Source: Octopus sinensis (Eukaryota). From it: a stretch of DNA of 64,000 nucleotides. This document shows positions 50,044 to 63,207 of the stretch, piece by piece. Both the position numbers and the translations under genes were made by a program. Location: the NCBI RefSeq assembly GCF_006345805.1, contig NC_043004.1, forward strand, positions 25,296,001-25,360,000, read 5' to 3'. Position 1 is the stretch's first letter. Every line of letters begins with the position of its first letter. The notes beneath the pieces are model-generated. The model made no database searches and was not told where the DNA came from. It saw nothing but the letters and a program-made list of their open reading frames with translations.

Positions 50044-50854
50044 AAAAGGCATGCATAGCCAGAAGAATTTATAGGAATACATACATATATTAACTAGAAA
50101 CCATCTCCTGCGTTGTCTCAAAGTCTGAAACTAAATAGTAAAATGTTGATAGCATTGATAATACACACATCGTAGCCTGGCAAGCAAACTTTGTGAAATG
50201 TTAAACTAAAAAAAAAAAAAAACTTGATATTTTTGTGCGCATTTCACAGGTGTTCAGAGTAAGAATCCAAGAATCTGTGAGCATGACTGCAATAAATAAA
50301 TACCTGTTATATAATGGTGCTCAAAACAAACTAACTTATTTCTAACCACAGTAAGAGATTGGCTCTCTGCCCAATGATATACCACGTGTTCTGCAAAATT
50401 AAAAAGAAAAAAATAGACGGAAGAAACGATAAAGCAGACAAATATTGTTGTAATGCTAAAAATGTTAATAAACCAATGGTCTACAACCTTCACTTACTCC
50501 TCCTCCCTCTCCCTCTTCCTCATAATCATCGTAATCATCGTCTCTGCCTTAGTTTTCCTCTTTGCTTCTTTTCCTTCGCTTACTTCTGCATCTGTCTTGT
50601 GTCTTCGTCTAGAACATTCAATCTTACAAAAAGTATGAGACCACATAGCGTTTTAATTCACTGCAATGTTTATGTCTGCCTTCGTTTAGTGCCTGCTAGC
50701 GTAAGTAAGCTTAATAAAGTATGTCTTGTAAAAAGGAAAGGAACAGAGGAAAAGAAAGAAAAAGGATTAAAAAAAAAAAGAGAGAGAGTTTGCATTGATC
50801 TGGACTCAAGACTGGCGAACCTCTTTAGAGCCAAGGAAGGTATACTCTTTTCTC

Positions 50855-51073
50855 TTTTACTCCTTTACTTGTTTCAGTCATTTGACTGTGGCCATGCTGG
50901 AGCACCGCCTTAAGTCGAGCAAATCGACACCAGGACCTATTCTTTGTAAGCCTAGTACTTATTCTCTCGGTCTCTTTTGCCGAACCGCTAAGTTACGGGG
51001 ACGTAAGCACACCAGCATCGGTTGTCAAGCGATGTTGGAGGGACATAACACAGACATACAAACATATACACGT

Positions 51074-51127
<54 letters not shown>

Positions 51128-51284
51128 TACGACGGGCTTCTTTCAGATTCCGTCTACCAAATCCAGTCACAAGGCTTTGGTCGGCCCGAGGCTAAAGTAG
51201 AAGACACTTGCCCAAGGCGCCACGCAGTGGGACTGAACCCGAAACTATGTGGTTGGTAAGCAAGCTACTTACCACACAGCCACT

Positions 51285-51356
<72 letters not shown>

Positions 51357-51715
51357 GGGGTGGAGACACACACACATTCTTTTATTCTTTTATTGGTTTC
51401 AGTCATCTGACTGCAGTCAGGCTGGAGCACCGCCTTTAGTCGAACAAATCAACCCCAGGACTTATTCTTTGTAAGCCTAATATTTATTGTATCGGTCACT
51501 TATGCCGAATCACTAAGTTACGGGGACATAAACACACCAATAACGGTCGTCAAGCGATGGTGGGGGCCAAACACAGATATGCAAATATATATATATATAT
51601 ATATATATACGACGGGCTTCTTTCAGTTTCTGTCCACTAAATCCACTCACAAGGCTTTGGTCGGTCCGAGGCTATAGTAAAAGTCACTTGCCACACAGCC
51701 ACGCCTGCGTGAGAA
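50855..51715 (-). mobile_element. Two tandem family A SINEs (50855-51290 and 51380-51715)
   Basis: Both show reverse-complement tail, microsatellite and head. Confidence 0.85.
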
Positions 51716-53145
51716 CCTTCGGAGACACACCTGAGCTGAAAAAATAATAAGTTTCAAGTTTTGACAAAAGCCCAGCAATTTTTAGGAGGAGGGTGCTAGT
51801 CGATTGCATCAGTCTGAGTAATTGACTAGTACTTATTTTATCCCCCCACCCGAAAGAATAAAAGACAAACTTGAACACGATGGTATTCGAATTCAGAACA
51901 TAAAGACCAGGAAGGAAAGTATTAGTAAAGAATATTCTAGTTTATAATAGGTGTGTTACTTGCGTCACGGATTTCTTTTTCGGTATTAGATCAAATTTTT
52001 TCGATTGTTTTTAGAGATTTCGTTAGCAGTTTCAAACGTCTATAAAAAATTTTTATTCTATTTCACACCAAAACCACAGAAACTTGCCTGTCAAACGCGT
52101 ATAGCATGTAGTATGATATAAGCATGGGTATTTTAAGGAGCTTATGTACATATACTTTCATTCAGCGATACGTACAAAAATACGTGCATACAAATAGAGA
52201 GGGAAAGAGACAAGAGGAGAGTGAAAGATGAATTTTTTTTAATTAAAAAGTATCTAAAAAAATTCTTTCTAAAAAAAATTTCTTTCATAAAAAAGAAAAC
52301 CAAGGTTAACACAGACTTGATGGAAAAGTATTTTCGTGAGATCATGCTTTGCAAATGTACGAAAATATTCCTTCATCAGTTTGAGGTTTACTACTCTCTT
52401 TGCATATAAAAACTTCGTTTGATTTGCTGTTCTACGAGCTTCTTTTACACACGCATACTACATATATCAAATATTTTATGTACGTATACCTAATGCCTCT
52501 CTCTATCTTCACTCATTTGCTACTATCTCCTGATTCTCTTCCTTCCCACAAAGCCTTTCCATCATCTGACTCCTTTTTTAGACTTCTTTCTCCCCTTGCT
52601 TTCGCAGTGGCTGTACGTTCATTTTCGTCCCCGAGCAATTGAAAACCGTAAGGCGGTCGACTGCATTACTCCATGTGTAACTTTATTCATTGAATTGACA
52701 GGAATGCACTCCATCATTATATCCTTGTTCGGATCTTAATGTGCTTGTTTTCTTCCTTAATTTGTTGTTACACATCAGTTTCTTTTATACACCCTTTTAT
52801 CTTTGGTTGTTTTACGCCTCAACTCGTCTGTATCATCGCATCTCTAATGGCTTATAGGCGCTGTTGGAATGGGCAATATTGTAACAGGTGCCGAAATTAT
52901 TGTGATCTTCAATTAGCGACTAATGGAGGGATCTAAGCTGTGTACATCCATATGTGCAATATTTTCGTTTTCCCAGCGAATCTTCACGAACGTTTGTACA
53001 ACTTTTTGCAAAACACACACACACACACTTCTATTAGAATCGGTACAAGTTAATCTATGACGCCTGTATACATATCCATGTATGCAATTATATAAAGTAA
53101 TGTATTAATATGCGAACCTACTTACATACATACTCAGACAAGAAT

Positions 53146-53177
<32 letters not shown>

Positions 53178-53484
53178 CTACATATATGCTTAAAATTATA
53201 GGTCAAGTTACCTCTCATTATGATGATTAATGATGTCGAGAAGGAAGCATATACTGAGATTCACGGATCTGGGAATTCATTTAATATGCATTTCCAGACC
53301 CGGGAATCTCAGTATAATAATAACTTATTAATTGGTACATTCAATAACTTAAAACTGCTGTATGCGGTGGCTATATAACCGATGGGTTTGGTGAAAATGG
53401 GTTAGATAGATGCTGATAAAGGGGTAAAAATCCCTGAAATATGGCCTATACACTCATTACCCATTTTGAGTTATGTCAGCCGGA

Positions 53485-54166
53485 CTAAGATGACTCAAAG
53501 ATTTGGAAGTGAAATGCTCAGCATACCTAAAAATGATCATACATGTTTCCCAAAGACTTGAAGATAACAATGACATTGATATGAAGTGAAGCCTCTCTTG
53601 GATTCGTGACCACTACATCACATCACACTTCAAAACTTATGCATTTGCAATCCAAGAACAGGAAATTGCTACTACATACCTAATAAATAAAAGAGACAGT
53701 AAAGCCTTTGGGGTTCCAAAATGCAACTGTAAATATAGATTTTGTCATATTTCTACCGAAGACATCACACGTGATTAGCAGCTACCCAAAAATGTTATCA
53801 CGGTCGTACTATGCGACTCGACGTTGTCGCAAAAGCAATATACAATGCCATCCGGGAAAAGATTGCCTTGGAATATATGTAGAGAAACAGCTCTACTGTG
53901 CTATTGAATACGTGCGCAAGAAATACTGGAGGAACATTCCCGTCAAGACATCTGTCAAGTGTAAGTATAACAGGCCAGATATTGTTATTTGGGAACACAA
54001 GAAAAAGTATGTATCGTCAAAGAGGTTAGCAGTTCTGCTGGTGTGAATATCTTTTTGAAAATCAAAGAGAAAGAAGATAACTATGGACAACTGCTTCGAA
54101 ACCTCTAGCTTCCATATCCAGATTATGAATTTATATTTATAGCAATAATAATTGGTGCACTTGGAA
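53485..54166 (+). mobile_element. Diverged R4/Dong-like RLE fragment, cut by a SINE
   Basis: AIQEQEIAT.YL.NKR; HVISSYPKM..R.Y..RR; YW.NIPVKTSVKCKYNRPDIVIW; KEKEDNYGQLLRNL.LP.PDY.FI.I.IIIGALG. Confidence 0.7.
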
Positions 54167-54600
54167 GGCAGCGAGCTGGTAGAAACGTTAGTACGCCGGG
54201 CGAAATGCGTAGCCGTATTTAATCTGCCGTTACGTTCTGAGTTCAAATTCCGCCGAGGTTGACTTTGCCTTTCATCCTTTCGAGGTCGATAAATTACACA
54301 CTGGGGTCGATGTAATCGACTTAATCCGTTTGTCTGTCCTTGTTTGTCTTTTCTGTGTTTAGCCCCTTGTGGGTAGTAAAGAAGTAAGTATTTCGTCTGC
54401 CGTTACGTTCTGAGTTCGCTTTGCCTTTCATCCTTTCGGAGTCGATAAATTAAGTACCAGTTACACAATGGGGTCGATCTAATCGACTTAATCCCTTTGT
54501 CTGTCCTTGTTTGTCCCCTCTCTGTTTAGCCCCTTGTAGGCAATAAAGAAATAAGAAACGTTAGTACGCCGGGCGAAATGCTTAGCGGTATTTTCTACTA
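54167..54600 (+). mobile_element. SINE family D with tandem duplicated body and restarted head
   Basis: Same unit as 14074-14257 present twice, then agaaacgttagtacgccgggcgaaatgc again at about 54554. Confidence 0.8.
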
Positions 54601-55260
54601 CGGCGGTGCATCAGCATGGCCGCAGCTCTGAGCTGAAACTAGCGAAAAAAAAAAGCTCCCAATCCTGCTTGTCTGTCTGTCTGTCTATCTGTTTGTATGT
54701 ACGGGTGTATGTATGGCTCTTTTCTGTGCTTGTGTGTGTATATGTGTATGGGTGTGTGCGTATTTGTGTTTGTCACCCACCCATTTGAGAGAGACCGATA
54801 GAATAAAAAGATAAAGAAAAAAAGGGGAAAGTCAAAAAAGAATACAAAAAGCAAAAACAGGGATCGATTTATTCGATTAAACCCGTCAAGGCGGTTACTC
54901 CAGCATGACCGCAGTCCAATGAACGAAACAAATAAAAGATTCAAATACAGATATGTGCATTCTGGTGTAAAACGATGCGTCAATTTGTGTCGAGTTAAAC
55001 CTCAATACCACCCTACACAACCATTCGTAATGATCGCTTAAATAAATACCCGCCAGAAATTGTGACAGAGGCCAGTATAAGAAACTATATCTCGGTTAGT
55101 TGAATTGCAATTATTGTAGAACGATGATAACTTAAGTCCTTCCATCTGGCACCATTAAGAGGTAGACGTTGTTCTTTTACTGACATCTCTTTATAATTCA
55201 TTGAGTTTTTATTTCTACATACTGTAAGTAGTTGCATTTTCTGACACAGTAATCAACCTT

Positions 55261-55316
55261 AACTGCTCATCCTGGGTAACCGCCGCTGCAGCTGCTATCG
55301 AGAGCCTAAGCGAGTG
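55261..55316 (+). other. Putative non-coding first exon of the cytoplasmic LRR gene
   Basis: GC-richer patch ending TG|GTGAGT (donor at 55317). Splicing to 56370 gives TGA TCA ATG, an in-frame stop before the start. The 5' edge is a guess. Confidence 0.35.
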
Positions 55317-55491
55317 GTGAGTTGGGCTGTATGTGATCGTTAGAAACAGCAGCCAAATGTCTTCCAGGTCACGCATTTAAAAAATAAAAAAAAAAGAAAT
55401 AAAGAAATAAAAAGCAAGCAAAACAGAAGTATTTCTACACATTGGATAAGATAATCTGAAATGAATTGTGTCTTTGATCCGGGGTTAAAAG

Positions 55492-55549
<58 letters not shown>

Positions 55550-55703
55550 CCGTTATCAAGAACAACAACAAAAGCTAGCAACTTGTTTTACTGCTATGCT
55601 GCTGGTACTACTAACAACCGATAATGTTATTTCTGCTTGACACAACTATCACTACTTACATCGCTCACCTTTCTACTACTACTACTACTACTACTACTAC
55701 AGC

Positions 55704-55737
<34 letters not shown>

Positions 55738-55795
55738 GCTGCTACTGCTGCTGCTGCTACTACTGCTGCTGCTGCTACTGCTGCTGCTGCTGCTG
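55492..55795. repeat. (CAT)n and (CTA)n-(CTG)n trinucleotide arrays
   Basis: Direct inspection; they lie in the putative intron 55317-56369. Confidence 0.95.
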
Positions 55796-56373
55796 TCAAC
55801 CATGCTCTACCCCGGTTCGCCGACGTTCATAATTTATTGTTCCTATCACCAAATTACCAAGCACCAATGGCTAATTATAGAGTTGTAGTTAATTAGTTTC
55901 CATACAAACACCCACATTCTGGCCCCCCTACCTCCTCCTGTCTGCAAGACAGTCCCCACCCTTGTTTGACTGTTTACTTTTCCAGTTGGCACAAAAGCCT
56001 GAGAAAATCTTAGCAACGCTGTCAATATATACACACAACTCCACATACAAACACACACACGCATACATTTATTCATTCATTCATTTTCATAAATACATGA
56101 TTCCACGAATCATTACACTCATATGAATATATAGTCCTTCCCAGACTACAATATATTAAAAATATTGTAGTTAGATAACTATCTTTGATAGCAAATAGTT
56201 ACGCTTAGTCCTTATCTCCAGTGACATTCCTGGAATTGTTAATCATATCATCAAAGTTTTATTTCTTGTTAAAATTTAATTCGTTCTACGAGTAATTATC
56301 GTTATCAAGATCAAACTTCTACATTCGTCCGTGTTCTTCATTATTGCTTTTGTTCAACTAACACTACAGATCA

Positions 56374-57150
56374 ATGGATATTAGTTCAAATATCGATGAA
56401 GTCACACACCTGCGCCGTCTCGTTGAAACAGATGACCCGAGTTTTTTTGGTTTCAAGAAACTTCGTGTTCGTGGACGCGATCTTCATGAGTTGCCTGTTG
56501 CAATTTTCTCTTTGGTTGAACTTGAAGTTCTGTCTCTTTCACCAGACAGAGAGGCATCTCTTTACTACAAACTTTATTTTCTACCTAAACAGATTGGTCA
56601 GTTAATAAACCTCAGAATTCTGATCTTGGATACCAACGCACTCACGAACTTACCACCCGAGATTAGCAATTTATCGCATTTGGAGATTTTAACTCTGAGT
56701 AATAACTATCTAACTTCTTTACCACCACAATTCCACCGATTGAATGAGCTGCAGAGCTTACACTTGGCCAATAACAGCTTTTCTGTGTTTCCACCCCAGA
56801 TCTGTATTCTGAAGAATCTTCAATTTCTAGACTTGAGCGATAACAAAATTTCTGAACTTCCACATTCTATAGGTCAGCTACATTCGCTCCAAACACTACT
56901 TTTATTTCGTAACCGCCTTCATGTCTTACCTGACACTTTGTGTGACCTGACAGAACTGCGTTGCCTCTGGCTCGGTGAAAACTGTCTCACAAACTTGCCG
57001 CGTTGTTTTGGGAAATTAGATAAACTCGACTGGAGCTTCATATATACGTCAGCTGTTTTAGACGGCAACCCTATGGAGCGGCCACCTGTGGACATCTGCC
57101 GGCAAGGTATTAAATCAATCAAGCATTATTTCGCACACAATAAAAAATAA
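56374..57150 (+). CDS. Cytoplasmic leucine-rich-repeat protein (258 aa, about 8 SDS22/RSU1-type 23-aa LRRs with a C-terminal cap)
   Basis: Intact ORF with regular LxxLxLxxNxLxxLP repeats and cap LDGNPMERPPVDICRQGIKSIKHYF. No signal peptide or TM segment. Branch point ctaac and acceptor tacag (ends 56369) just upstream. Confidence 0.92.
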   Translation: MDISSNIDEVTHLRRLVETDDPSFFGFKKLRVRGRDLHELPVAIFSLVELEVLSLSPDREASLYYKLYFLPKQIGQLINLRILILDTNALTNLPPEISNLSHLEILTLSNNYLTSLPPQFHRLNELQSLHLANNSFSVFPPQICILKNLQFLDLSDNKISELPHSIGQLHSLQTLLLFRNRLHVLPDTLCDLTELRCLWLGENCLTNLPRCFGKLDKLDWSFIYTSAVLDGNPMERPPVDICRQGIKSIKHYFAHNKK

Positions 57151-58324
57151 CGTAGATTCGATTTCAATCGCAATATGGATTTTTTAAAAGATTTAATCGT
57201 TTTATTTATCTCACATTCATAGACCGTTAAAACAGTTGAATATTTCAACATTTGTGTTGTTGTTCTTTTTTTCTTCTTTTAAATCAACGAAAATGTATCT
57301 GTGAAAGGACAAACCAATAATTGTTTAACATTGGAGTAAGTAGTATTTACATTTCTAACTTTTTACCAAGTTTCTATTAACACGTTCTATTTTCGATGTT
57401 AAGTGACATTTTGCTAGATTCTTTGTTCTTCGATATGCACCACGCAACTGTATTGCTCGCCGTTGCCATGCTAGACTCATGAGCTTTATATAATTAAACA
57501 GATTCACCAAAACAATGTTGTTTTATGTATTAACAAACAATACGCCCAAATTCCTCATATTTTAAATGAATTGTCAGTACAGTAGTGATAGTAAACTTTC
57601 TGGAACAAGTTTTTTGTTATTGTTCTGCTGAAAATGTTTGTAGCAAACTCGCAAGCCGTGTGGGGGAAGAGGAATCTGACATTCTCTCTGCGATGTATAC
57701 ATTCTCATGATTACCACAAATGATTATGAAAATGTAGTATAAGGTTGATTATTGTTTTTATGTCTATTGTTATAGTTAAAGTGTATGGAGTATCAGGGGG
57801 AATAGTACTTTGTGACGAGGGAATACGTCGCACTCACAGGAGTGGTTCGTCCGCTTTGATCTTCCTCCTGGCATCCAACAATTGGGGCCCAGTTGTGGCT
57901 CCAAGTTGTTGCTTGCATACAACGGCAGCTACACTCCAATAAACTCTTCGTCTAGCGAGCTCAACGAGGTAAATCTTGGTGAGTTAGGGCTTGCCATTCT
58001 ATGCATGAACAGATTGGATCGGTGGACTCTACGGAAGAAACCGACATAGTTCAAATGAGACGAGTGTGGCTGCAGCAACGCATTGTGGAATACAGAGACC
58101 AATATGGGGCAAGTAAGACATCTTGCGTCCGTTTCCATCCCCAATTGTATTGACCTGGTCTTGCCACTGGTTTGAAGGGTTACAGACTAAAGAGTGCAGT
58201 CGATGGTGTCGAAAAAGTCACCGAACAAGCCATCAGTTATCCTTTAAGGACGATAAGATGGTCTTTGTCGCTCCGACGGACGAACGTGCATGTATAATAA
58301 AGTACACGATTGGTACCCTTTGAT

Positions 58325-58590
58325 ATTCAAAATATTCTTCGGTTGTTGATATACTTTTTGGAATTTGAATATTCCTTGGCATTTCAATATGCTTTGGAAT
58401 TTGAATATTCTTTGTTATTCCAATATTCTTTGGTGTTCAAATATTCTTTGGCATTCGAATAATTTTTGGTGTTCAAATATTCTTTGTTCTTATATTCTTT
58501 GGTATTAGAATATTCTTTCTTCTTCTTCTTCTTCTTCTTCTTCTTCTTCAAGCATGCTTTGTATTTTGAATATTCTTTGGTATTGCGATA
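58325..58590. repeat. Degenerate ~19-20-bp minisatellite (aatattctttggtatt..) interrupted by (TTC)n
   Basis: About a dozen recurrences of aatattctttg. Confidence 0.8.
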
Positions 58591-58675
58591 CTAATATACG
58601 AAGTGCATTCCTGAAGCTTTGAAACTTTTATAGGAGAAGCTGTTGTAACTGTCCTAAATGATTGTAATCTTAGTA

Positions 58676-59176
58676 CAGTGATCCCTTGTTTATCGCGGTA
58701 GATTGGTTCCGAGACCGGCCGCGATAACTGAATTTCCGCGAAATAGGGACATCATATTTACAGTGTTTATTTAACGTGTATTTGGACTTTTAAAACCCTC
58801 CCTGTGCTGTCAACAACCCACCCATTACAGTAGTCTATTAATAACAAGGACAACTGTTAAGCAGTAACACTTTAGATTTAACAAAATAAAGATTGTTACT
58901 GTTACACAGGCCAGATTACAAAATACAAAGCTGTGATTCGTCGTCTCTCTCCATTGCGCCAATCCCAGCCCGTCTTGAGTTCAAATACCCCTGTATATGC
59001 TTTTTTGCCATTTTACGCCTGTTTTTTTTTCTTTGTTCCAAGACTAGGAAGTAATATTTATCATTAATATTTTAATAGATTTAATGAACAATTTTAGGCG
59101 TTCATATATATATTTTTAAAATCCTCAAAGTCGTGAATCTGTGATAGTTGAACTGCGAAGTAGCGAGGGATCACTG
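58676..59176 (+). mobile_element. Tigger/pogo-like MITE (501 bp)
   Basis: TIRs cagtgatcccttg / cgagggatcactg with TA TSD. Confidence 0.85.
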
Positions 59177-59199
59177 TATATCATAACTATACATCTAAT

Positions 59200-59930
59200 A
59201 AGCTGACGTGCCAACTTTTGGTATTCCAGATTGAAGGAGGCGGCTGTAATAATACGTTGAACACATCCTGCTAAACATTGCTTGTCATGGTTGATTAATT
59301 TTCAGACTGCAGTCGGGACATTGGAAAGCTGTCCATGCGACAAAGTCTTGTGCTAAACTACACAAAAAGCTGCAGAAATTTATGAAAAACTTCAGATTGC
59401 TTGTCGATTAACTTTTTCGCTGTCACAAAAACTCAAGGACGGCAGAAAAAAGTGAGATGAGGAAACGTGTGAGATGGAGAGAGAGAGACGTCAGAACATC
59501 ATATCTGTTTGGGAAAATTTGCAAAGACCGATGCGTGTCAATAAAGGTAAAAAGCATACAGTTTGGTGTTGGTGGTAACTACACAGAATTATTCAATTAT
59601 TCATGAAGATCTGAAGATGTGCAAAATTTGTGCAAAGTTTGTTCCCATGTTGCTCAGTGACAAGAATCCTGGTAAGCAACTACGTGACGGAGATGGACTT
59701 CAAAACTGCCTTTTATCTTCCCTAGAGTTCAAACCTTGCTCCCCATAAGTCTTGGTTGTTCTCCAAACTGAAAAGAACACCGGGGCCAGTCGTTTTGAAG
59801 ACATTGAGAAGATGGAGGTTGTGACAAGGGTCCTGGATACCTTCATTTTGGAGAATTTCCACGGGGCCTTCACGAAGTGGCTGGATTGTTACAACAAGTG
59901 TAATGGTGTGAGAGAATCCTAATTATTCAA
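59200..59930 (+). mobile_element. Decayed mariner-like element, relative of 7006-7778
   Basis: Shared blocks cctgctaaacattgcttgtcat, gcagtcggg.cattggaaagct, gtgacaagggtcctgga, ttcacgaa.tggctggattg. Confidence 0.7.
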
Positions 59931-61319
59931 CAATACAAAGCAAATAATAAAATACTTTTTTAAAGTATCTATTTTCACACAAAGCAGTAAATCAGAAAAA
60001 TTAATTCACGACTGTTTTATATAGCAGCAGACATATGCTGTTGATCGTTGAAACAAGCCAGATACGTAAGAGAGTATACTCCTACCTTTTTTTTCCCGCG
60101 TAGATCAATATTATAGAAAAAATGTGTTTGCATTCTTATTTAAACCATAACGAGGTTTTGTAATATTTAACTTTATTTCATTTCTTATTTATATTTTATT
60201 GTAAATGACCCTTGGAGATGATTTATCACACTTTTAACATTTGGCCAATGATCCTTAAAATTGTTGACTTTCAAAAGCGGAGAACAATAGCTATGATATT
60301 TCTTGCTATATTACTGTAATCTTCTTTAGATAATATTGCCAAAAAGATGGAGGAGATAGGGGAAATTATTTTTTAAAACATGACTTGAAAGTCAGCATTT
60401 TGTTCCACAATCTTTTGTGTAAACATGAATACAGAATATATCTAGCTGAACGGTACGGGCTGGTCTATAAAAGTTTTAATATATCAACCTTTTCAAAATG
60501 TTCTTGAATAATATTAAGAAATAAATATACTTGTCACAGCTTGCACAGATCAAATTTCCCATTATTTTTGGTTTGGTGTTTCGTCGTGACAGCTGGGTTA
60601 TATTTAGGATTCTTGATGAAAGAATCATTAGAATTTACTGACCCCCGCCATGTCAGGAGGGCATGTCAAAACATTTGTTTTCTATAAGCCATCTTACATT
60701 GTAAACTTATGCCCCTGTCTCTAACAGTGCTGTTGTTATTGTTTATGCTGCATAGCCACGGGTCAACTCTAAGTCAAACAACCGGACCTATGATCAAAGC
60801 GTTCCAAACATGACTATCCCATTTAATTTTCAGAGTCACTGCATTTAAGACTATATATCCTACAATGTATCCATCATACTTAAAGATTCCAAGGGAATTC
60901 AATTGTTGCTTCAAGTTGGCTGATCGGCCTCCTAAAAGTCACCCCCTCGTTCTTGTGCTCTGGAAGAATCACTCCTAATTGCCTGCTGCAAAAAAGGAGT
61001 TACAAGTACAAGCTTTTAGTAGCAGTTGTTGTTTAGTGCTAGGTTACCTCAGAGTGAGCAGACCTACTATCAAAAGCGTTCTGGTTATGACCTCTCCACC
61101 CTTCTCCATGGAAGACGGTAGGGTGAAGTTTCAGGAAGATTTGACTGTTATTTTATGTAGTTCAAGTTATCGTAGAGATTTTCTCGTTAGCAGTTTCATA
61201 ATGATAAGACATTTTGTAATGCTAAGACTTTTGTTAATAGAATTGCAACCAGGTTTCGATTCATTGATGTAACTTATACATTTTAGAACTACCTTAAGAA
61301 CCTGGTTCGGACGATCCCG

Positions 61320-61720
61320 TGATTTGGCAGAATAGTTAAAACGTTGGACAAAATGCCTCGTGGTGTTTACTTGATTATTGATCTTAAATTTCGACAGGGT
61401 TGACATAGACTTCCATCCTTCTGGGATTTCATAAAACAGAGAACCAGGCAGGAACTAAATCGATAAAATAAGCATCAGTCTGAAATTAGGTTGAAAAATA
61501 GAGTACCAACCAGGCACTAGATCGATAAAATAGAATACGAACCAGAAACTTTCGTCGATAAAATAAAATAAAAAAAGCAAAAGAGCAGTTTAGAGCTGGA
61601 TTGATAAAATAGAGTACCGACCAGGAACTGGGTCGATAAAATAAAGACCCGGTCAGGAGTTGGCATAAATCACAATCAGTTATACAATTCACCCAAATTT
61701 GAGACCTTGTGTCTGTAATG
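61320..61720 (+). mobile_element. Diverged SINE family D with an internally amplified ~31-bp unit
   Basis: D head and tail flank about 5-6 copies of tcgataaaatagagtacc.accagg.act.g. Confidence 0.6.
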
Positions 61721-61899
61721 TAAATATTTAAGTGAATAGTTCTCGTTGCTTGGATAATAATTCTGGTAAAATGCAACATTTATACAAAGAAGTTAAATCA
61801 AAATGTTTGTAAAAACTTCTAGTTAAAATCCAAGTATATAATGTTTTTGTTGTTGTTTTTCGGGGTTTTTTTTTTCACTTCTTAAACTGATAGCTTTTG

Positions 61900-62530
61900 G
61901 CATGTGTGGATTCTCGATATCCTTTATGTGAATGACCTCGATTCTCTGAACATTTCCAACCACGTTGGCCTTCATAAAGCTAACCACATTTAAATCTCTT
62001 CAATCGCATTACATCACATAACTTTCAACAGCTTCAGACAAAACTAAACCATCTTTGCTAATAAAACTAGGTAAACTTTGGTTTGGAGCTCTGCCAACCC
62101 AGCATCATTAAGTAATTCAAGAGACAAATTAATTATCTCCAGAATGAAGAATCACATAACAGCTACTTAGATCATAAATAGCTTCTAACCCAAATCCTCC
62201 TCATTTCTGCTGAAGCAGCTTCTAACAGCCTCTAGTAAACAATCGCTGAAAGCTAACATTTTCAACCTACCTAAAATTGCATCAATGAGTAAGAATATTT
62301 TTTCAGTGATGGAAATTAAACGAACGTTTGACTAAAACTGACATTTTATCCGGCCCAATTACATCTCATGACTAATTAATACCCACTTCCTCTGACTCAT
62401 TCTCAATTGCCTTCTCGGTTTTCAGAATATATCAAAGGACTATCCGTTCAATAAACAACTATACTACTCCGACTGCCTGGCTTTGCTTACATTTTGTCTC
62501 TTCCGACGTTAATTAGAACGAAAGCATATT
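61900..62530 (+). mobile_element. Highly decayed CR1/L2/Jockey-group LINE remnant
   Basis: Weak residual motifs only (L.W..A.P..LS...DK). Confidence 0.3.
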
Positions 62531-63070
62531 TATCCACTCTGAGAAGATATCATAACGATAATAATAGTTGTTACAAGAAATACGAAGATACATGACAGTA
62601 CATCGACATGTTGATACAAGATATCTTAGTACGTTCGCTTGCAATTACGGTTTGAAATAGTGTCTTAGTTCAATATTTTCATGAAAACATTAAGTGAAGT
62701 ATGAAAGATGTCCACGTAGCTTACCTCATAAAGGTTGTTCGTGGTGTAAGTTATATTGGTACCAACCCACTAGATAAGAGAAATTAAATGCATGCTATGA
62801 TTAGGATACATTATATGAAAAAATTGTTATGTATTTTATATCTGTTTATTTTATTTTCCATCCTTGCATTTTCACGTCGTCGACATCCGTGAATGCATTC
62901 GTATCTGTGTATTTATGTATGGATGTGCGTGGTGTTGTTATTATTCAGTTCCATATTTGTTTTAACTGTGTATACATAATTAAAAACGTCCCTGACATGG
63001 TCTGTGCGCTCCCGCATATGTATGTGTGTGTAGACGAGTGTATGTAAACAAAAATGAAATAATTGAAAAT

Positions 63071-63161
63071 GGCGCAGGCGTGGCTGTGTCTTCTACCATA
63101 GTTTCGGCCGACCAAAGCCTTGACAGTAGATTACGTAGACGGTAACTAAAAGAAGCGTGTC

Positions 63162-63207
<46 letters not shown>

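Noticed and set aside
50094-50250. Possible Helitron 3' end on the minus strand (CTAG with nearby GC patch)
   Set aside because: Hairpin is poor and no matching 5' TC end could be placed.
50359-50913. 184-aa plus-strand ORF
   Set aside because: Runs through purine/pyrimidine low-complexity tracts into a SINE tail; no coding signature.
55624-55896. Poly-Thr/poly-Ala and poly-Leu ORFs
   Set aside because: (CTA)n-(CTG)n microsatellite inside the predicted intron; no splice support for coding use.
57455-57475. RFX X-box-like GTTGCCATG (also GGTAAC at about 55275)
   Set aside because: Half-sites only; expected by chance.
60979-61406. Overlapping 97-aa and 79-aa ORFs
   Set aside because: No homology recognised, partly within a SINE, and no convincing splice sites.
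61440-61660. Regularly spaced repeats resembling a CRISPR array
   Set aside because: Units are contiguous degenerate tandem copies without unique spacers, derive from a SINE, lie in eukaryotic context and have no cas genes.
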